This document shows positions 40,557 through 51,158 of a stretch of DNA of 64,000 bases, in pieces; the first letter of the stretch is position 1; every line of letters begins with the position of its first letter. Position numbers and translations under genes: made by a program. The stretch comes from Andalucia godoyi And28 (lineage: Eukaryota; Protista; Jakobida). The stretch spans positions 99,615 to 163,614 of the forward strand of contig VRVR01000040.1 in the NCBI GenBank assembly GCA_009859145.1, written 5' to 3'. Below the pieces are notes generated by a model. It was not told the origin of the DNA. It searched no databases and saw only the letters and a program-made list of their open reading frames with translations.

Positions 40557-42362
40557 TCATTGGATTTCACTTGTTTCACTCTCAACAGACGACACGGAGC
40601 TGGAAATGTCGTCTTTTGAAACGACTTCACGAATCAATGCACAAAACTCGTTCACAATGTCTTGCACAACTTGGATAGTGATCTGAGGGCATGCCCAGCA
40701 AACAGAGCCGCGCAACTGGGAGGAGGAAGTCATTGTGCTAAACAGAAGATGTGGTTCTGCTACCGGTGCCGTGGAGGCAGGGTAGTACTCCAGATCTTGC
40801 AAATAAGACGCTGCTGTTTTTTCAAACTCGTGTAGACGGAATTCATTATCCCCCGGAAAGAATTGAGAAAATGGCTTGGGAAGACGTCTTTTGAATCCTT
40901 CATCCATGGATTGGATTGCTTTCATCGCTGCCGGAAGCATGTACTGTCCATCAATGAGACCAACATTCGGCAGCGAGAATGTTGGAACAATGCGCAGTAG
41001 TTTCGGTAGTCGAGATATGTTTTTCAGAAACCACTGCGAGTTCTTCACCAAGCACATGGAACGGACAAATCCACCGGTTTTGACTTGGTAGTGCGTGGAA
41101 CTCTTTATCCTCTTCGCAACCTTCCAAAATGCTTCTAGCCGATTCTCCTTTGACGTACCGTCTGGAATGCGGAAGAAGCAATCGAAAATGCCAATGCAGT
41201 TTCCCTCCGAGATGAAAGGATTTGTCGTTGATTGTTTCATGAAGTTTGGTTGCTTGTGCAAGAAGAACTTACGCATATCCACGACGAACTGTGCCCAGAT
41301 CCTGTTTGAAGAGTTTCCTCGTCTTGCTATGCCCCAAGCAATCGCCGCCATTAGAGCACTTCCGACAGTGACCTTGTTTTGTTTTGCCAGCTGTTCCAAT
41401 CGAAGGGTCGTCCGTGTGTCAAAGGAAAACAGAATGGTCCTTGAATAACTGCCTTGCTTTCCAATGCACTCGGATGCGATGGTCTCCCTGTTGTTCACAA
41501 TGTCCCTCAAGGTGATTCCTTTTTCACGTTCTTTTAGTTTCTCCGTAACCGATGTTGCTGTCGATGTCGATGTTGGTGCTGTTGTGAACGTCGAATCTTC
41601 CGACAATTGCACCGCTCGTTGCGTGCGTGACTGTGATGTTCCTGCGGAAGGACTTCGGACATTTGCATTTTTTCCAAGTAGCGACAAGTATCTTACTGCA
41701 AACTCGAGCATCGACACGGCGTATGTTGCTTTGTCTAGGATACCGCGCGGAATTGCTCTATCCACATTCGATGTGGCCCGAAGAGTGTGATACGCTTCCA
41801 GCTCTCTTCCGCTGGGTCTTGGGACATTCAAGTAATTCGCAAAAATGAGACGCAAACAGGAGAGACCGGTGACCCCGTCAAACACCCGGTGATCGAAAGT
41901 AAACAGTAGAATGCGATTGTCAATGAATACAAAACGGACCGGACAAACGAAGTGTTCGCAGCGAAACGGTCTGTTGTTCTCTGCTTCAACCAACACGTCG
42001 ACGTTCAACTCGTCATTGTTGAGTATGTTGCGAAATTCTGCAGAGGAGTATCTTTCCAGTGTGAGCGGCTTCATATCAGAGGATGACGAAGCGACATGGA
42101 TCGAACGACGGCTGACATCAATGAAGGTCCGAAGTGCAGGAAGTTCAGCCTGCGCCAGAGCTGCTGCCTCTTCCCACCGTCCCACATCAAATTCCAATTT
42201 TTGAAGACCAGGGGCTGAAGAAGTTTTCGGCCTGATAATGCAAACTGAATTCATTGCCTGGAAAACGTTATTGGAGGCGCTGTTGTGATGCAACATCTCC
42301 TGAGACCCGAATGGCCGTGAGCACACCCGGGTGTTCATTTCTGAAACAGTACTGTATGCCAT
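40557..42362 (-). CDS. Condensation-domain / alcohol acetyltransferase-like (CoA-dependent acyltransferase) protein
   Basis: LLFTFDHRVFDG (HxxxDG) motif; LAKQNKVTVGSALMAA and VVDMR motifs of the second lobe. Confidence 0.7.
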   Translation of the reverse strand: MAYSTVSEMNTRVCSRPFGSQEMLHHNSASNNVFQAMNSVCIIRPKTSSAPGLQKLEFDVGRWEEAAALAQAELPALRTFIDVSRRSIHVASSSSDMKPLTLERYSSAEFRNILNNDELNVDVLVEAENNRPFRCEHFVCPVRFVFIDNRILLFTFDHRVFDGVTGLSCLRLIFANYLNVPRPSGRELEAYHTLRATSNVDRAIPRGILDKATYAVSMLEFAVRYLSLLGKNANVRSPSAGTSQSRTQRAVQLSEDSTFTTAPTSTSTATSVTEKLKEREKGITLRDIVNNRETIASECIGKQGSYSRTILFSFDTRTTLRLEQLAKQNKVTVGSALMAAIAWGIARRGNSSNRIWAQFVVDMRKFFLHKQPNFMKQSTTNPFISEGNCIGIFDCFFRIPDGTSKENRLEAFWKVAKRIKSSTHYQVKTGGFVRSMCLVKNSQWFLKNISRLPKLLRIVPTFSLPNVGLIDGQYMLPAAMKAIQSMDEGFKRRLPKPFSQFFPGDNEFRLHEFEKTAASYLQDLEYYPASTAPVAEPHLLFSTMTSSSQLRGSVCWACPQITIQVVQDIVNEFCALIREVVSKDDISSSVSSVESETSEIQ

Positions 42363-43151
42363 TGCATATTTTTATTTATTTTTTTGTGCAACCTTTTTGT
42401 GCTGCAGAAAAACACCGTGAATTTCTGTACGATCTTCTCGGGGAAGGGTGTGTGCACAGCAAAGGATTTCCCGTGCGGTCGCATCAAATGAGAGGAGCAA
42501 CGCACCAGAGGAAGTATCCACTGTTGTTCAACTGAACGACAAGTTGTACAGATTTTTTTTTTAGGGAGAGAAAGTCCCCTCCTTTTTTTTTGGCGGGCCA
42601 AGGGGCGCCCACCAATCAGTTGGGAGTTCCGTGCCACATTTATCGAGGCATCGGAATTTGCTTCGCTGGACACATTGCGACAACAGGGCAATACGGGGTG
42701 ATTGTGTGTATAACCCTCCAACCTAAACGTCTGGTGGACGATGGTGAAGATCGTCGGATAGTATGGCTGAAGGTGTGCAGGTCGAGGCCCAATGAGAGAC
42801 ACTGTCGAATATTAACAGCCGATTCCTTGTAATTGATGATGGGCGCTGATGCGGATTGTAAAAGTCACTTTTTTACGCCACAAAGTCTGTCTGAGGCGCA
42901 GCATGCGAGCCAAGTGCGTGGAGAGGTTTTGGGTTGAAGGATGAAAATACTTGCGAGACGTTTGTTTTTCTTTTTATTTTTTTGGACCCTTCGAGTAAAG
43001 AGCACAAATTAAAAGTAAAAAAATTATTTTAAAAAACATGACCATCAAAACAGAAGTAAAAATACGAACGTATCGCGTGTTAATTTACTTTTTCCCATAG
43101 GTGCTCCATATCCGACTGCACACGCAAATCTGAGCGAAGAGTGTGATTCAA

Positions 43152-45665
43152 TCATACGTCTGACGAGCCTTCGGGAAACAGAGATTCGGCGGATTCAAGG
43201 ATCGATTGAAGACTCTTCTTGATTGCGCCTACATGTGCGGACTCGGAATGCGTGTCCGGAGACATCGACGCGGTTCGAGAAGGGAATTCGAAAGAACTTG
43301 CTTCGGGAGACAGTGTTCCAGAAGAAGCCAGTGGGGAATCCGCAACGCTAATTCTCCTATTCTTTCCTGGACTCGTGACAATTGGACTGAAAGAAGAAGA
43401 CACAGACACTCGTGAATCCATGCGGGCGAACGAAGGAGCTCGTCCGGTTGGGGGACTTTGCGGCTTCTGCGAATCAGCACGTGAGAGATTTGAGGAGAAG
43501 GAGGGTTGGCGTCCCATTTTTGCTTCGGTTAGCGCAACATTTGCGGCAAAGTACGAAGAGTACTTCTTGGTCTGTGGACTGATAAAAGAGTTCTTCTTCG
43601 CCTCCTTTTCCAGAGCAATTTTCTCCGATTTCAGTCTATCAATCTCCAAGAGCGCTCCCTCAAGCTGCCTTCGCAAGCCGCTCGCCTCTGTCTCAAACGC
43701 GTCCTTGCTTTCGTTTGATTCCGCCAAAGACGTGCGCAACTGACGAATTTCGGATCGCAAATACAAAAGCGTTTTCTCGCTTTGTTCCACCGAATCTTGC
43801 AGGTCCATGCATTGATCAACATTTTTTCGCCAGGCAAGTTGCAAGTTTGAAACGTAGTCCGAAACGTCCCGCAGCGAACTCTTTTGCCCAATATTGGAAG
43901 GCGGCTGGTTCGCGTGTTGCAGCCCGCTCAGGATAGCATGCGCATTCTTCTCTTCGATGACTGGTATGATCTCCTTTCGTCGATGAATGAGCAGTGACGA
44001 TCGAACAAAATTCTTGAGATTTGAAGCGGACAATCGGCTGGTTGCATCTCCCACAAACGGATTGGGCTGCGGTATCAGGGATCTCTCCTTGCGATGCGAC
44101 GGAAACAGCTGATCAAACATGTTTGCATGGAACAAGGCAGTCTTATGACTAAGTTGCGGACAGTATCGGTCGCAGAAAACCGACAGCAGAGAAGAAAAGT
44201 GGACTATGCGAACCTCATCTTCTTCGGAGAAATGATTGCTCAAGAGCGGATTGTTCACTCTCAAGATGCCAACAACCCGCATGTGGTCGTCTGGAGAAAA
44301 TATGGGGACGATAAGGGCGGAGCGAACGAACTTTGATGTCGCATCATCCAAACCGTCACGGTACGTCTTCGATGGGTTGGAATCCTCGACCGAGAACGCA
44401 ATGCCCGACTGGAAGACACATCCAATCAGTCCAGTTGTTGTCGGAACACGGTAGAACGGCACGCGAGAGGCGTCCCCAAAGGACGCAATGCACAATAGAT
44501 CATCCGCTTCTCGCGAATGCGTATAGATTGCGCCCGACTCGCTTCTCATGGATGACACAATGGATTCCAGTAGCAGTTGAAATGATGCTTGCAATATCCG
44601 TTCAGCGTCCTGTTTCTTTGTCAAATACTTTTGATCAGCCAGTCTTCCGCTTCGAGCTTGAAATGGAATCATGGATACTAATGTTGTTGAATCTTCGCTG
44701 AATTCTGGTGCCGCAGCAAGTTTGGATGTGGAGGTCACGGATGATGATCGATCTCTAGTCGTGTGAGCGCCTGAGTTGGCAGGAGGAGCGTTCGCATGGC
44801 CCACAGCAGCAGCAGCAGCAGCAGCGGTGACTGCTGCACTTTCGGCTCTGCTCTTGTGCAACAATAGCGAGGCTGCGTTTTGCAACCGCTTTGCAGGGGA
44901 CAATGCGGAGCTCAGCATGGACGATTGACTTGCTTCCGAGAGACGGCAAAATGCATCTTCTGCAAGCTTCACGTACTCAGATAACGACTTCTCAACATGC
45001 AGCTCGAGCATACGCAGATCGCGAAAGAACTCTTCCAAGGGAACTGCGCCCCCAGGATATCCAAGGTCATTCTCGGGGGAAACAGAAAGGATGCCAGCGT
45101 GTGCACTGTCCGTCGCAGGAACCGGCGAAGACATTGCTCGCATGTTCAAACCGGAATCCGAACGCACCACTTTCAATTGGCCAACAGCATGTGTTGGTGT
45201 ACCCCCGTCTGATCCCCCGAACCTTGCCGACAACAAATTCGAGGCTGAATCGGATCTTCCCGGTCTGTTACGACCTGCAGAATGTGTGAGCTCTACAGTC
45301 TGGCCGGAGTTCCCTGGAACCGAAAGGCTCTGCACATTCGACGAAAGGCTCTGCTTTGCATGGAACAAAATGTACTTCCGGAGCTGCCGCAGCGAGGCAT
45401 TCACCGCGTTCAGACACAGTTCGGGACCTGTGACAGCCATATCCATGTCTGCAGGAGGACGCGGAGACTGGGATCGGTGGGAAGTATGACCACCGTTTCC
45501 AGGACTTCCACTGCCTTTGGACATTGAGCGGCCCCGTGTTCGTCCTGAGGATGTCGGTGTCGCCACGGATTGCTCTCCGTGGCCTCTAGGTGATAGCGCA
45601 CCAGGAGAACCGATCCTGTCAAGTTGCAAAGGTGGCATACTTTTCAAATTATGCACCCTTTCCAT
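43152..45665 (-). CDS. GAF domain and coiled-coil protein
   Basis: SESGAIY..GLIGCVFQSG..RSALIVPI..VVGILRVNN..FSEEDE (GAF), followed by a coiled coil and Ser-rich tails. Confidence 0.8.
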   Translation of the reverse strand: MERVHNLKSMPPLQLDRIGSPGALSPRGHGEQSVATPTSSGRTRGRSMSKGSGSPGNGGHTSHRSQSPRPPADMDMAVTGPELCLNAVNASLRQLRKYILFHAKQSLSSNVQSLSVPGNSGQTVELTHSAGRNRPGRSDSASNLLSARFGGSDGGTPTHAVGQLKVVRSDSGLNMRAMSSPVPATDSAHAGILSVSPENDLGYPGGAVPLEEFFRDLRMLELHVEKSLSEYVKLAEDAFCRLSEASQSSMLSSALSPAKRLQNAASLLLHKSRAESAAVTAAAAAAAVGHANAPPANSGAHTTRDRSSSVTSTSKLAAAPEFSEDSTTLVSMIPFQARSGRLADQKYLTKKQDAERILQASFQLLLESIVSSMRSESGAIYTHSREADDLLCIASFGDASRVPFYRVPTTTGLIGCVFQSGIAFSVEDSNPSKTYRDGLDDATSKFVRSALIVPIFSPDDHMRVVGILRVNNPLLSNHFSEEDEVRIVHFSSLLSVFCDRYCPQLSHKTALFHANMFDQLFPSHRKERSLIPQPNPFVGDATSRLSASNLKNFVRSSLLIHRRKEIIPVIEEKNAHAILSGLQHANQPPSNIGQKSSLRDVSDYVSNLQLAWRKNVDQCMDLQDSVEQSEKTLLYLRSEIRQLRTSLAESNESKDAFETEASGLRRQLEGALLEIDRLKSEKIALEKEAKKNSFISPQTKKYSSYFAANVALTEAKMGRQPSFSSNLSRADSQKPQSPPTGRAPSFARMDSRVSVSSSFSPIVTSPGKNRRISVADSPLASSGTLSPEASSFEFPSRTASMSPDTHSESAHVGAIKKSLQSILESAESLFPEGSSDV

Positions 45666-46039
45666 TTTCCTACTCGCAATACCGCAGCCGAATTGAAACT
45701 AAAAGGTCTGAGAAAGAGAGAGGAAAAGAACGCTGCTGTGTGCAGTCCGTGTGCAGGAAGGACAGAAAAAGAACAGGTTGGACAATCGTCAGAGGAAGAT
45801 GCGTGGGTGGAAAAGAAAAATGCAACTGCAAAACCTTTTGTCGATCATCTGCTCGTCTGTCAGCCTTTGCTCATGCCCCCTGACGTCAATCGACAGATCA
45901 TCTCCTCTGCTGGGGGACCTTTTTTTTTTGTGGAGAACATTCGAATTTCGAAACTCTCACTGCCAGGGGAGACTCAGGGGCACGCTTGCCCCAGAAAGGT
46001 GGCGTGTAGCGGATACGGTAAAAACCCTTCCTTTTACCT

Positions 46040-46924
46040 TTATTGAAGCTCACCACCTGCATTCAAATGGCATAGAGAATTTAAAATGTGTTCTACTTCT
46101 TCGACAGACTGGACTCGACAAGAGGCCTTTGTCTCCCGTGCCTCATCGGAAACCAAGATTCCAGCACCACAATCCTCCAAAACAGCAAACGCATCCTCGT
46201 CCGTCCGGTCATCGCCGATGTAGATTGGGAAAATATTGTCTGTCTTGTAAACGCGTTTCATCAGGTGGAGCAGAAGCCCCACTGCCTTTCCTTTGTTCCA
46301 GTCAAAGGCAGGCCTGATTTCCCAAACACACTTGCCACGAGTCAGTCGTAGCAGTGATGCATGCTTGTCCACATACGTGGTCACCATCGTCTCAATCTCC
46401 ACCTTATCATTCGCGGAGGAAACCATGCGATCATGCACAGAGAGCGTAAACTTATTGTCTTCAACTATGCATCCCGGGATTCGAGACAATTTTTGGTCGA
46501 AGTACTCGTACGCCGAATGCACCTCTGCGATGTATGGCTCCAGCTCCTGAGGAGTTGCGTTCTCCTTTAACAGCTGTTTGTACTCGTTATCATTCTCCGG
46601 CTTCGCAAATTTTCGAACAGAGTCGAATCCATATGGATCCTCTGGGAATGAAATATCAAACCCATGCGATCCTGCATAGAATATATGACGGATCGAAACA
46701 CGTTTCTGCACATCCGCACGCGCTCTGCCAGAGATGATCGCAACAGGATGCTTCTTTGACAGAGATTCCAATGCACTTTGCATTCCAGTGCTCATTGCAG
46801 CTTGCGACGGTATGTTGACAATGGGAGCAAGGGTCCCGTCAAAGTCTAGAAAAACAACCAACAGTTTGCCTGGCGACAAGCCAGCCGATATGAACGAAAT
46901 CGTTTCTTCAACAAGCGGAAGCAT
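46040..46924 (-). CDS. Trehalose-6-phosphate phosphatase (HAD IIB)
   Basis: VFLDFDGTLAPIV, AIISGR, YAGSHGFDI, VEDNKFTLSVH, EIRPAFDWNKGKAV and YIGDDRTDEDAF. Confidence 0.95.
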   Translation of the reverse strand: MLPLVEETISFISAGLSPGKLLVVFLDFDGTLAPIVNIPSQAAMSTGMQSALESLSKKHPVAIISGRARADVQKRVSIRHIFYAGSHGFDISFPEDPYGFDSVRKFAKPENDNEYKQLLKENATPQELEPYIAEVHSAYEYFDQKLSRIPGCIVEDNKFTLSVHDRMVSSANDKVEIETMVTTYVDKHASLLRLTRGKCVWEIRPAFDWNKGKAVGLLLHLMKRVYKTDNIFPIYIGDDRTDEDAFAVLEDCGAGILVSDEARETKASCRVQSVEEVEHILNSLCHLNAGGELQ

Positions 46925-47480
46925 CTGTACAAAAAAATACGATTTCCGTTTCACAGAATTAGTACATCAAGCGAAAGAATACAACAGCGACCTGAAAAAA
47001 TGCAAAGCAACGCTTTTTGATTACTGTTATATTATTTTTTTTTGATTTTTGCGAAAGACGCTTCTGGAGATACAATTTCGTGATGGCTCCTTTTTCCTGG
47101 TTCCTATTGTGAGCGATGACTCGCAGTGTCCTGAAAACCCGCAAACAAAAACAAAACAATCTTTTTGTTGTTGAATCTTCACTTGCCCCTGATTCGCTTG
47201 TCGGGCATTTTTTTCCGGTTTTTGCCATTTCTGGACACTTCGATCGCGTGAATTCCGCCCTCCCGCTGTGCAGTGTCTTCAGTTTGGTGTCACTTCGCGT
47301 ACCCCTCGTTTCATATTTTGCAGTGGATAAAAAGACCATTTGGCTGTGAGTTCTCCGTGAAACAATGTCGAAAACATACAGGATCAGCAACCGGCGCTGC
47401 CAGTTACATTTTCACAGAGGTGTATTCGAGAAGACGGCTATGGATTTTCCTTTTATCGGACGATATAGAAATACGAATCT

Positions 47481-50400
47481 TCAATTGGCCGATACTTTGC
47501 GCAGCTTCTCCAGAAGCTTTTGGCATGTTTCATCACGTGCGGCAGGAAGCAGAGACTCGACATGCTTCAGATCCGCAAACGTAAATCTGACGTTCTTCCC
47601 GGGCAGCTTGGATGGAGCCTCGTCAAAGAACCCCGAATAATAAATAAGCCACAATGACAAATACACGTTGCATGGATCCTTTGAAACACGGACGAGATCA
47701 AACAACACATTCACAAAGTGTGAGGTATCCTCTCCACTACGCTCAAATTTTGAAAGAAATTTTCTCACTGATTTCGAAGCAAAACAGGACAGGACCAACG
47801 AAAGAAGCGAGAATCTTAAAATGAAACATGAATGTTTGAAGTTCTTCAGAAAGGCTTGGTGCTGTCGGAGCCACGGAAATGCTGCAGAAAACAAGCCTTT
47901 TCGAACAAGTTCTTCGGAGAATTGTCGCGCAACAATAGTATTCGTGCGACACAGATGATGCTGTATCCGAGCAAGGAACAGGAAACCGCAACAAATGAAA
48001 GAAGGCCGAAGGTCGCTAAAAAGGCTGGACGTACCATTCAGAAGCGGCAACAATGTTTCGAAAAACTGGAACTCCGAAAAATGGCGAATAACCTGTTCCG
48101 GAGCGATGCTCGATACGAGCTCCGCGAGTATCGAAAACACTGGATCTCCAGTACAAAACTGCGAAATGCAACGCGAAAAAATGTCGGGAATATACGATTT
48201 GCAGAGTGCTTGCCGCACCGTTGCAGAAACGTGCGCCAAAAATCCAAGGGTGCGCAGAACATGTCCACCGATGCACGGCTCTCCAACGTTCAAGTACCGC
48301 ACAAGATACTCAAAAGATCCCAGACGGATCATTTCGTTCCGGAGTTCCGGATCGTCTCTTGATGCTCGTTCAAATTCCGATAAAATGGCCAAAATTGAGC
48401 GAGAGGACCGCCCCTGGGCCAAAAGCGCATTCAGGAACCGGACATAGGATGTGCTTGATCGAAAGAAGAACGGCATCGAAAACACCCTTTCTCGAATCAG
48501 CAACTCTAGAATAGATTCCGAAAAGACGAAAGGCTGCAGGTAGAATTCCTCCGGTAGGAAAGCATCAAGAGAAAATTGCATTCCAAAACTTTGAAGTGGT
48601 ACATCAAACACTCCATTTCGCGACCGCAAATGAAGTAGATACAGCACAAGCGTCAATAGTCGGAAGTGATTCGACGACCAGGATATCTGAGGTGTTTTCA
48701 ACAGAGACACAACATCCACAAGGATGGGGGGATAATCATGTCCACCAAGAAGAACGTAAGAAATGTACGAAGCTAGTCGAGAACACCACGCTGACAAACT
48801 TCCAGCAGCAGTCTTTGCATCATGACTACCATTTGGCGTCTCGCTGAAAATGTGAGAAAAATACGGTGTATCCACGTCGGATTCGATTTTGTGAATGATT
48901 GCAAATAAATCCTCTTCCGTGTTAGAAATATCCCATAAATTTCCGAGTTTTTCGGTCAGTCCTTCATACTTGGGATGTCTGCAGTTCTCGACTGTCCTCA
49001 CAACTGACAAAACAAGAAGTCGGACGCGGTCAACAACTACCTCGTCTTCATCTTCAGGATTCTCATCAGGAGAAGAAGTGCTAAGCAGCATCGGCCGAAT
49101 TCTCCAAACCGTGTCACGCCCCTCACACCAGTCCAAGAAGGATTTATCACAGTCCAACATTTCGAGAGAAGACTGAATCAAAAACATGTCGTAATGTGCA
49201 TTGGAAGGCGTGAAAAAGCACGAATCAAACATGGACTGCACTGAATCAACAGCAGACTGAACCGTTTCCGAAGACAAACGACCCTCCGAAAAGACAATAT
49301 CTGAAAAGTGCTCCAAAGTACATTTTTGAGGAACAAACAACAAACTAGAGCACGCAGTCGATAGGGATACGCCGTGATCTCCAGAAACCAGAGATTCTTC
49401 AAAAAGATCCATGTTGGACACTGAGACAGGAGCCAGACCAATCGATGACAAAAAGTTAGAGACGACTTGAACTTGCGAACACTCCACAACAAACGAGAAT
49501 TCCTCGTTGCCCATGTCAAACGCAAGTCGCGGCCCCTGACAGACGACACGAGAGATCTGCGAAACTGGGTAATAAACAGCAGACCCTTGTGAATCCAGCT
49601 TCTCCAGCAACAAGTCATCAATCGCACTGTGATTCCCTAGAAGAGGACGTTTGAAATATCCAACTGCAGGAAGAGGAGTCGAACTAAAACGAAGGACTCG
49701 TTTTCCGGCGACACGAATCCCGTTCTCGATAACGGCATCGCAATCAAATTTCTGTGATTGAGACGGCACCTTTGCACTGCTTAAGGCACGTGCAGTACGT
49801 GCCGTAACAGGCAGAGCATTTGTCCCTGATTTGAGAGCATTGCTCACACGAGCAACGACGACGATGTCGTGATACTGCAAAGGGTCCGGGGCAATGTACG
49901 AACGTCTGCATACGAACACTACGACACACTCATTGTCTAAATGAAACACCGTACGATGAGTGATCCATGCGGCAGGGTCATTCGTAAGCTTCATTTTCTT
50001 CCGATACGGGGACGAGCTCACTACAACAAACGGCTTACCGCCAGCCTCCTTCTCGGCAATCGCGGACGCTAGGATTCTCACAGCATCTGCCGGTGTCATG
50101 GGGCTTAACAAAACAGAGTCCTTGTAGCCAAATGGGTACAGCTTCACGGAAATAGAAAGCTCCTGGGCAGAATCCAGGGCAAATATTGCAGAATACTGGG
50201 ATTGCGATTGGAGAACGACACCAGGAGGAAGAACAAAAGAATACATAGATCCAAGAGAGCCAATACGAGAACTTGTTAAACCCATTGATTTCAGGATTAA
50301 TGACAGCTGCAAATCCTCTTGGCTTGTTGTCGTCGCGAAACTCTTCAGAGAATCCACAACCCTTACGCAGAATCCAACATCTTCCTTCATGTCCGAGTCC

Positions 50401-50795
50401 GCAAGGCCTGTGTCCTTTTCCAACCTCACAGTCGGAATCTTCTGCAAACGCATAATGCCGTCCGCAGCAGCATTCACTCGCATGTCGTCCACGATTCGCG
50501 ATCTGCAGTGAGCATTACATTGAAGTGCGATGCGAGGCCTGTCCGTGAATTCAAATTCGAGCATGGTCTTGTCGCTTTGCAAAAGATAAACGCATATCAA
50601 AGAAGCATAGTGGCACATAAACGGTTTCGTTCTCATGTTGGAGTCCACTATGTAAAACGATCTTTTGGACAGGCACAAATAGCAGAGAACAGACGTTGCA
50701 GGAAGATACACAACAAAGTAAGACAGGACAGGGGATAGCGTCTGCTCCTCCAACTTTGCAAAGACCGCCAATCGAGCCTTCATTTTTCCAAGCAC
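47481..50795 (-). CDS. Large hypothetical protein (1104 aa), PH-like N-terminus and helical-repeat-like C-terminus
   Basis: Long uninterrupted ORF. Domain guesses come from composition only. Confidence 0.8.
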   Translation of the reverse strand: MLGKMKARLAVFAKLEEQTLSPVLSYFVVYLPATSVLCYLCLSKRSFYIVDSNMRTKPFMCHYASLICVYLLQSDKTMLEFEFTDRPRIALQCNAHCRSRIVDDMRVNAAADGIMRLQKIPTVRLEKDTGLADSDMKEDVGFCVRVVDSLKSFATTTSQEDLQLSLILKSMGLTSSRIGSLGSMYSFVLPPGVVLQSQSQYSAIFALDSAQELSISVKLYPFGYKDSVLLSPMTPADAVRILASAIAEKEAGGKPFVVVSSSPYRKKMKLTNDPAAWITHRTVFHLDNECVVVFVCRRSYIAPDPLQYHDIVVVARVSNALKSGTNALPVTARTARALSSAKVPSQSQKFDCDAVIENGIRVAGKRVLRFSSTPLPAVGYFKRPLLGNHSAIDDLLLEKLDSQGSAVYYPVSQISRVVCQGPRLAFDMGNEEFSFVVECSQVQVVSNFLSSIGLAPVSVSNMDLFEESLVSGDHGVSLSTACSSLLFVPQKCTLEHFSDIVFSEGRLSSETVQSAVDSVQSMFDSCFFTPSNAHYDMFLIQSSLEMLDCDKSFLDWCEGRDTVWRIRPMLLSTSSPDENPEDEDEVVVDRVRLLVLSVVRTVENCRHPKYEGLTEKLGNLWDISNTEEDLFAIIHKIESDVDTPYFSHIFSETPNGSHDAKTAAGSLSAWCSRLASYISYVLLGGHDYPPILVDVVSLLKTPQISWSSNHFRLLTLVLYLLHLRSRNGVFDVPLQSFGMQFSLDAFLPEEFYLQPFVFSESILELLIRERVFSMPFFFRSSTSYVRFLNALLAQGRSSRSILAILSEFERASRDDPELRNEMIRLGSFEYLVRYLNVGEPCIGGHVLRTLGFLAHVSATVRQALCKSYIPDIFSRCISQFCTGDPVFSILAELVSSIAPEQVIRHFSEFQFFETLLPLLNGTSSLFSDLRPSFICCGFLFLARIQHHLCRTNTIVARQFSEELVRKGLFSAAFPWLRQHQAFLKNFKHSCFILRFSLLSLVLSCFASKSVRKFLSKFERSGEDTSHFVNVLFDLVRVSKDPCNVYLSLWLIYYSGFFDEAPSKLPGKNVRFTFADLKHVESLLPAARDETCQKLLEKLRKVSAN

Positions 50796-51158
50796 GAATG
50801 GACAGCACTCCTACCAACAACAATCCAATGAACTAAGGAGGTAGCGGTGCTGGAGAAGACAGAATTTGGAGAGGGGGGGGGGGGAATCTGCCGAACTGCG
50901 GCTTCTTTCTGACCAGAAGAAAAAAGCGCTGCCCGAACAAGCCTTTCAAAAATATGCATGGTAATATATCACCAAACTCAAACATGGACTTGAGCAACAT
51001 GTGTCAGATGCCTCTCCCCACAAAAGGCACACTTGATTTTCATTCTTTGTTGTTTAAATTTGCTGTTTTATGTCCCCCCAACTTGATGATTTTCCGTTTC
51101 CCCATTTTCTCGATTTCAATTTCCAAACTTCTTCCCTGTAATGCGATAGCCTGCACAG

